Of a stretch of DNA of 64,000 bases, positions 58,440 through 64,000 are shown one piece after another; position 1 is the first letter of the stretch; the number at the start of each line of letters is the position of its first letter. The stretch covers positions 46,543-110,542 of the forward strand of contig CAWECM010000004.1 of NCBI GenBank assembly GCA_963807755.1. Direction: 5' to 3'. Under the pieces are notes generated by a model. The model did not search any database and was not told where the DNA came from. It worked only from the letters and a program-made list of their open reading frames with translations. The translations under genes were made by a program, and so were the position numbers. Origin of the DNA: an uncultured bacterium (lineage in GTDB: Bacteria; Actinomycetota; Thermoleophilia; Solirubrobacterales; 70-9).

Positions 58440-59363
58440 CCGAACCACACGACTCTTCCGCTTGCCGAGCATGTCGTGGAGGCTCTCCTGGATCCTTGCG
58501 CGGATTTCCTGCGACACGGTCTGCACGAGCGCGCGGTCGTTCACGGCCTCGCGGCCGCCGAGCGTCACGGTGTCGATCGGCTCCAGAAAGCGGATCTTGA
58601 ACTTGGCAGGCAGGTAGGCGAGCATCCCCAGCGGCCCCAGCCACGGGAAGGTCGGCGTGATCGGGAAGTAGATGAGCCCGGTGAGCCGGCGCAACGGCTC
58701 GACCTGGGCGAACACCGGCATCGCCTCCTCGGCGCCCACCAGCGCCAGCGGGACGAGCTTCGCCTCGGCCCGCATCGCTGCCTCGACGAAGCCTCCCCGG
58801 CCGAAGCGACGCAGGCGGTACCTGTCCTTGTAGAGCTTCTCGGTGCCCTTGCGGCCCTCCGGGAACACCAGGACGAGCTGCTCCTCGTCGTAGAGGAGGC
58901 GATGGACGTTCGCCGGGTGCGCGGCGACGCCGCCGATCTTGGGGATCAGCATCGAGAAGCCCGGATAGCCCTTGAAGAAGTGCTCGACGGTCAGGTACAC
59001 GTCCCGGGGCCGCGGGTGCTCCTCGTGCACGGCCTTCGCGATCATCGCCGCGTCCGGAGGCAGCGCGCCGGCATGGTTCGAGACCAGCAATGCTCCCCCG
59101 TCGGCAGGCACGTTCTCGATCCCCTCGACCTCGACCCGGAACCAGTACCGGTAGAAGAACTCATAAAGCGTGGCGTCCATGAATCCCTCGACCCGCTCGG
59201 AGCGTCCCCAGTCGTTCAGCGTGCGCTCGGGCTCGATCGGGGAGAGCAGCTCGCGTCCGGGCGGCCGCGTGGCTGGAAGGAGCGAGGCGGGCTCGGCGGT
59301 CTGCTCATCGACCGGAGCCTCCGGGTCGGCGAGGGACGTGCGGTCGGGGACCATCAGTGGCAT
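58436..59363 (-). pseudogene. 1-acyl-sn-glycerol-3-phosphate acyltransferase-like (PlsC family) protein; frame break 4 codons before its stop
   Basis: LLVSNHAGALP (HX4D-type block) and VFPEGRKG. As written it reads through into the epimerase (…GKRKSRVVRMSRRH). Deleting one base near 58450 gives ...KRKSVWFG-TGA with an ATGA overlap to the epimerase ATG. Confidence 0.75.
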
Positions 59364-59415
59364 TCTCGCAAGCCGCCATGGCGCGCGATCACCCGCGTTC
59401 CTCGCGCGCTGACGG

Positions 59416-61125
59416 CTAGACGGTGATCGCGCCGGCGGAGGCGCTCGAGACGGTCGCGGCGTACTTCGCCATCACCCCGCTCGCATAGGCGGGCTCGGGC
59501 GGCTCGTACGCGGCGACACGCTCGGCGATCTCGTCGTCCGGCAGAGCCACCGAGAGCTCGCGGGCGTCGATGTCGATCGTGACCTCGTCGCCCTCGCGCA
59601 GCGCCGCGATCGGGCCGCCCCGCACCGCCTCGGGCGCGACGTGGCCGATCATGAGCCCGCGCGTCGCTCCCGAGAAGCGGCCGTCCGTGATCAGCGCCAC
59701 CTGCTCCCCCAGGCCCTCGCCGACGATCGCGGCGGTCACCTGGAGCATCTCGCGCATCCCGGGCCCGCCGACGGGACCCTCATTGCGGATGACGATCACG
59801 TCCCCGGGCTCGATCCGCTGGTCCTTCACGGCGCGGAAGCATTCCTCCTCGGATTCGAAGACGCGAGCCGGCCCGCTCTGACCCCGCCGCTCCGTGCCGG
59901 CGAGCTTCACCACCGAGCCCTCGGGCGCGAGGTTGCCCCGCAGAATCGCCAGGCCACCCTCGCTCTTGAGCGGATCCGAGAGCGGACGGACCACCTCCTG
60001 GCCGGGGGTCTCGACCGCCGCCGCCGCCTCCTCGCCGATCGTGCGGCCGCTGACGGTGATCGCCTCCTCGTGCAGGATCCCCGCCTCGGCCAGGCGGCTC
60101 AGGATCAGCGGAACGCCACCCGCGGCGTAGAGGTCCGTCGCGAGGAATCTCCCCCCCGGCTTCAGGTCCGCCAGGAGGGGCGTTGCCTTCGAGATCCGCT
60201 CGAAGTCGTCGATGCTCAGCTCGATCCCGGCCTCGCGGGCGACCGCCAGCAGGTGAAGAACGCCGTTCGTCGAGCCACCGGAGGCGGAGACGCACGCGAT
60301 GGCGTTCTCGAGCGAGTCGTGCGTGATCACCTGGCTGGGCCGCAGGTCATCGGCGAGAACCCGCATCACCAGCTCGCCGATCTGCTCGGCGACCGTTGCC
60401 TTGTCGGACACCTCGGCCGGGACCATGGCCGACCCGCCCGGCGAGATCCCCAGCGCCTCGAACGCGCAGGCCATCGTGTTCGCGGTGAACTGGCCGCCGC
60501 ACGCACCGGGGCCGGGGCTCGCGACGTCCTCGAGGGAGCGGAGCTCCTCCTCGGTCATCTTGCCGGCCGCGTGCGCGCCGATCGCCTCGAACACGTCGAG
60601 GATCGAGACGTCGCGGTCGTGCCACCGACCGGGAGCGATCGAGCCGCCGTAGAGCATCACGCCGGGGATGTCGAGGCGGGCGAGCGCCATGACGCAACCG
60701 GGGATCGTCTTGTCGCAGGCCGAGAGGGCGACGATCGCGTCGAACTGGTAGCCGCGCGCCGTCAGCTCGATCGAGTCGGCGATGACCTCGCGGCTGACGA
60801 GCGAGGTCTTCATGCCGCGTGTGCCCATCGTGATCCCGTCCGAGATCGCGACGGTGTTGAACTCCATCGGAGTCCCCCCGGCGGCGCGCACGCCCTCCTT
60901 GACGTGCTCCGCGAGCCCCCGGAGGTGGAAGTTGCAGGGCATCGCCTCGGTCCAGGTGTTGGCGACCCCGATCGTCGGCCTCGACAGCGCGTCGTCGTCG
61001 AACCCGATGCCCTTCATGTAGGCGCGGGCGGCGGCGCGGTCGGGACCGTCGAACACGGCGGCCGAGCGCGGTCGCGGCAGGGCGGTCGCGGTCGAGCCGT
61101 TGGCTTGATCCGTCGGTCGATTCAT
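59416..61125 (-). CDS. ilvD: dihydroxy-acid dehydratase
   Basis: 569 aa: ...IGVANTWTEAMPCNFHL...AISDGITMGT...SACDKTIPG...TDGRFSGAT. Confidence 0.95.
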   Translation of the reverse strand: MNRPTDQANGSTATALPRPRSAAVFDGPDRAAARAYMKGIGFDDDALSRPTIGVANTWTEAMPCNFHLRGLAEHVKEGVRAAGGTPMEFNTVAISDGITMGTRGMKTSLVSREVIADSIELTARGYQFDAIVALSACDKTIPGCVMALARLDIPGVMLYGGSIAPGRWHDRDVSILDVFEAIGAHAAGKMTEEELRSLEDVASPGPGACGGQFTANTMACAFEALGISPGGSAMVPAEVSDKATVAEQIGELVMRVLADDLRPSQVITHDSLENAIACVSASGGSTNGVLHLLAVAREAGIELSIDDFERISKATPLLADLKPGGRFLATDLYAAGGVPLILSRLAEAGILHEEAITVSGRTIGEEAAAAVETPGQEVVRPLSDPLKSEGGLAILRGNLAPEGSVVKLAGTERRGQSGPARVFESEEECFRAVKDQRIEPGDVIVIRNEGPVGGPGMREMLQVTAAIVGEGLGEQVALITDGRFSGATRGLMIGHVAPEAVRGGPIAALREGDEVTIDIDARELSVALPDDEIAERVAAYEPPEPAYASGVMAKYAATVSSASAGAITV

Positions 61126-61155
61126 GCGACGAAGCAGTCTACGGTCGGGGTCCGG

Positions 61156-61992
61156 TCAGGGATCGAGCCGGGGCGGGTCGATCTCGCGCCGTCTGACCCC
61201 GAGAACGTCGACCGGGCCCCGCCCGGCGCCCAGCTCTGAAAGCCCGTGGCCGACCGCCTCGGCCGCGATCTCGCGGGCCCAGCGGGCCGCCTCCGGGAGC
61301 TCCATGCCACGCGCCAGCAGTGCCGCGAGGGCCGAGGAGTGAGTGCACCCCGACCCGTGAGCCGCGTCGCTTGGATAGCGCGGCCCGCCGATCCGGAACG
61401 CGCCGTCATCGTCGACCAGCACATCCGCACCATCCTCCACGTGGCCGCCCGTGACGATCACGGCGCGCGGCCCCAGGCCCAGGATCGTCCGGCCGAGCTC
61501 CTCGGGGCGAACGTCCTCCCCCCTGCTGCCCGCGAGCTCCCGCGCCTCCATCAGATTCGGTGTGACGACGGTGGCGCGCGGGAGGATCCGCTCGATCAGC
61601 GCGGCCTTCGCGTTCGGGTCGAGCAGCGTCGCCCCGCTCTCCGAGACCATCACCGGGTCGACGACCACCGGGACCCCCTTGCGATAGCCCTCGATCAGGT
61701 CGAGCGATTCGACGACCGCGCCGATCGTGACCTCGTCGCCCAGCATCCCGATCTTGACCGCGTCAACCCCGATGTCTGCCGCGACCGCCCGGACCTGGGC
61801 GATGATCATCTCCGGAGGCGTCGCCACGATCGCGTCGACCCCCGTCGTGCTCTGCGCGGTCAGTGCGGTGATCGCGGTCATCCCGTGCGCACCGCACCGG
61901 GCGATCGCCTTGACGTCCGCCTGGATCCCAGCGCCACCACCGGAGTCCGATCCGGCGATCGCTAGGACGGTCGGGACGCGGGGCTCCACCAC
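61156..61992 (-). CDS. thiD: bifunctional hydroxymethylpyrimidine kinase / phosphomethylpyrimidine kinase
   Basis: 278 aa, GTG start: VLAIAGSDSGGGAGIQADVK...VKIGML...VVDPVMV...GSGCTHSSALAA. Confidence 0.92.
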   Translation of the reverse strand: MVEPRVPTVLAIAGSDSGGGAGIQADVKAIARCGAHGMTAITALTAQSTTGVDAIVATPPEMIIAQVRAVAADIGVDAVKIGMLGDEVTIGAVVESLDLIEGYRKGVPVVVDPVMVSESGATLLDPNAKAALIERILPRATVVTPNLMEARELAGSRGEDVRPEELGRTILGLGPRAVIVTGGHVEDGADVLVDDDGAFRIGGPRYPSDAAHGSGCTHSSALAALLARGMELPEAARWAREIAAEAVGHGLSELGAGRGPVDVLGVRRREIDPPRLDP

Positions 61993-62012
61993 GCGCCGCA
62001 GGGTAACGAGGG

Positions 62013-62906
62013 CTAGCCGGGCGGCGAAAGCGCGGTCCGCGCATACCGGCCGACGCCGTCGGCTGTGACGTAGCCCATGAGCTCGAGGCGGGCCAGCGCC
62101 ACCGCGGCGGCACGGCCCTCTGCCACGGCCTCGAGGGCGACCGCGTCACACGTCGCCGCTCCGCCCTCGACCGCCAAGAGCACCCGTTCGAGCTCCGCCT
62201 CGAGAGCCGGCCCCTTCCCACGCACGCTGGCGAAGCCGACGCCGAGCCCCAGATCGAGCAGGTCCTGAGGGTCGCGCACGACCGCGGCGCCGTCGCGGAT
62301 CAGATCGTTCGGCAGCTCGGAGAGCGAAGACGTGACGGCGCCCGGCACCGCTCCGACGTCACGCCCGAGCGCCTCCGCCTCGTTCGCGGTGTGCCGCGTG
62401 CCGGACCGGTGGCGTCCCTCGACGATCACGACCACCCCGGAGAGCGCCGCCATAATCCGGTTCCGCTCCGGGAAGAACCGCGGCTCGGGTTCCTGTCCGG
62501 GAGGTCGTTCGGCGATCACGGCGCCGCCCTCGCGCGTGATCCGCTCGTGCAGTTCTGCCTTCGAACGTGGATACGGGATGTCGGGGCCATTGCCGAGGAC
62601 CGCCACCGTTGTCCCGCCCGCCGCAAGCGCTCCCTCGTGGGCCGAGGAATCGCAGCCCAGCGCCATCCCGCTGACCACGACCAGGCCCGCGGCGCCGGCG
62701 CCGAAGCCGAGCTCGTGGGCCACGCCGCGGCCGTAGGCCCCCGAGCGGCGGGCCCCGACGATCGTGACCGCGCGATCCGGGTCGAGTGCCGAGACGAGGC
62801 TGCGGTCACCGACGCCGTAGAGGACACCGGGCGCGCGATCCCCGAGGTCCTGGAGACATTCGGGGTAGCCGGAATCGCCGAGCCGCAGCGTCCACACGGC
62901 GCTCAT
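62013..62906 (-). CDS. dprA: DNA-processing protein DprA (Smf)
   Basis: 297 aa: IVGARRSGAYGRGVA...VVSGMALGCDSSAHEGAL...AVLGNGPDIPYP...FPERNRIMAAL. Confidence 0.9.
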   Translation of the reverse strand: MSAVWTLRLGDSGYPECLQDLGDRAPGVLYGVGDRSLVSALDPDRAVTIVGARRSGAYGRGVAHELGFGAGAAGLVVVSGMALGCDSSAHEGALAAGGTTVAVLGNGPDIPYPRSKAELHERITREGGAVIAERPPGQEPEPRFFPERNRIMAALSGVVVIVEGRHRSGTRHTANEAEALGRDVGAVPGAVTSSLSELPNDLIRDGAAVVRDPQDLLDLGLGVGFASVRGKGPALEAELERVLLAVEGGAATCDAVALEAVAEGRAAAVALARLELMGYVTADGVGRYARTALSPPG

Positions 62907-64000
62907 TCGGTCCCCCGCCTGCGAAACGCGAGAGCCATCGCCACGTGGTCGGCGTCAACCTCCTCGCACCCGCGAAGATCGGCCACGGTCCGGGCAACGC
63001 GCAGAACGCGATCGTGCCCGCGGCCGCTCAGTCCCAGGCGCCGGTATCCGGACGCGAGCTCCGTGCGTGCCTTTCCGGCGAGGCGTGCATGCCGCCGCAG
63101 CCCGGCCGGACCGAGCTCCGCGTTGGGGCACCCCTGGCGACCCCGGGCGATCTGGCGCGCCGACGTCACTCGAGCGCGCACGTCGGCGGACGATTCCCCC
63201 TCCTCGCCGCCGAGCGCCTCGGCGGACGGCTGATCGACGTGCAACGAGAGGTCGATTCGGTCGGCGAGCGCCCCGCTGATCCGGTTGCGGTACCGCCGCG
63301 CGGCCCCGGGCGCACAGCGGCACTCGGGCCGGTCCTCGCCGTGGCCGCATGGGCACGGGTTCGAGGCCGCGATCAGCAGGAATCGGCTGGGAAGACTGAC
63401 CGAATGGCGAACGCGGGCGATCGTGACCGAGCCGTCCTCGAGCGGCTGACGCAATGCCTCGAGCGCGGAACGCGAGAACTCGCCGAGCTCGTCGAGGAAG
63501 AGCACGCCCCCGTGCGCCATCGTCACCTCGCCGGCACTGGGCGGGTTGCCCCCGCCCACGAGCCCCGCGGGCGAGATCGTGTGGTGCGGCGCCCGGAACG
63601 GCCTTCTCACCGTGCCCGCCTCGGGCCGCCTGCCGCAGACGCTTGCGATCCGCAGGATCTCCATGGCCTCGGGCTCGGACGGCGGGGGCATGATCGAGGG
63701 CAGGCGGCGGGCGGCGAGGCTCTTGCCGGCGCCGGGCGGGCCGAGGATGAGCATTCCATGGCCGCCGGCGGCGGCGATCTCGAGCGCGTCGCGAAGGGCC
63801 GGCTGCCCGCGGAGATCGGCCAAGTCCGGGTGCTCGACTGGGGTCGCATCCAGGTCCGGGACGGGAGTCGTGAACGCGGGCTCGCCCTCGGTCCCGATCC
63901 TCCGGAGGTCGGCCAGCCGCTCGATCGGCACCACCCGGGCGCCTCCCGCCGCGCCGACCGCGGACGGTAGCCCGGCTTCGTACGCGCTCTCGGGCGCGAC
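62903..64000 (-). CDS. comM: YifB/ComM family Mg-chelatase-like ATPase; 5' end runs off the window
   Basis: GQPALRDALEIAAAGGHGMLILGPPGAGKS...FRAPHHTIS...GVLFLDELGEF...NPCPCG. The frame stays open from 63934 to 64000 in my own translation, so the GTG at 63934 in the ORF track is probably internal. Confidence 0.88.
   Translation of the reverse strand, partial: VAPESAYEAGLPSAVGAAGGARVVPIERLADLRRIGTEGEPAFTTPVPDLDATPVEHPDLADLRGQPALRDALEIAAAGGHGMLILGPPGAGKSLAARRLPSIMPPPSEPEAMEILRIASVCGRRPEAGTVRRPFRAPHHTISPAGLVGGGNPPSAGEVTMAHGGVLFLDELGEFSRSALEALRQPLEDGSVTIARVRHSVSLPSRFLLIAASNPCPCGHGEDRPECRCAPGAARRYRNRISGALADRIDLSLHVDQPSAEALGGEEGESSADVRARVTSARQIARGRQGCPNAELGPAGLRRHARLAGKARTELASGYRRLGLSGRGHDRVLRVARTVADLRGCEEVDADHVAMALAFRRRGTE

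Noticed and set aside
3156-59363. Programmed ribosomal frameshifting or transcriptional slippage as the explanation for the frame breaks.
   Set aside because: The sites fall in about 13 unrelated genes. Most lack slippery heptamers or downstream structures. Both +1 and -1 shifts occur, and several are at simple homopolymers.

Overview
Homology calls come from reading the supplied translations and recalling family motifs. No searches were run. The window is a very GC-rich (about 70% by eye, not computed) actinobacterium-like chromosomal segment, and most genes lie on the minus strand. The left third is housekeeping: argC-argJ-argB-argD, pheS-pheT, a TrmH/SpoU methyltransferase, infC-rpmI-rplT and thrS, with many ATGA/GTGA start-stop overlaps. 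The rest is more accessory. It holds a cell-envelope/glycan region (sulfotransferase, large polytopic membrane protein, GT4 glycosyltransferase, formyltransferase, DUF3473-type deacetylase). Next comes a secreted PDP-repeat, lyase-like protein preceded by what looks like a c-di-GMP-I (GEMM) riboswitch. After that are a histidine kinase/LuxR-regulator/ABC-2 transporter/PepSY module and a three-subunit molybdenum hydroxylase operon with cupin and GntR genes. These are followed by an MFS pump and a translationally coupled operon (membrane-anchored PI-PLC-like protein, TIGR00661-type glycosyltransferase, CE4 deacetylase, membrane protein). The right end carries YciI plus an ECF sigma factor, AIM24, an M14 carboxypeptidase, DUF899/DUF2182, EF-G paralog, whiG/fliA, xerC, an L,D-transpeptidase, an acyltransferase/epimerase pair, ilvD, thiD, dprA and comM. 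Three tRNAs are present: Val-GAC, Cys-GCA and Gly-GCC. Main second-look items: (1) the candidate c-di-GMP riboswitch; (2) a 23-nt duplication of the tRNA-Gly 3' end bounding a 1.3 kb islet; (3) a 48-nt element (46/48 identical) present twice in inverted orientation at operon gene junctions; (4) about 16 single-base reading-frame disruptions in otherwise conserved genes, including thrS and argC, which look more like sequence errors than biology. I saw no CRISPR array, transposase, prophage or recognisable defence system.
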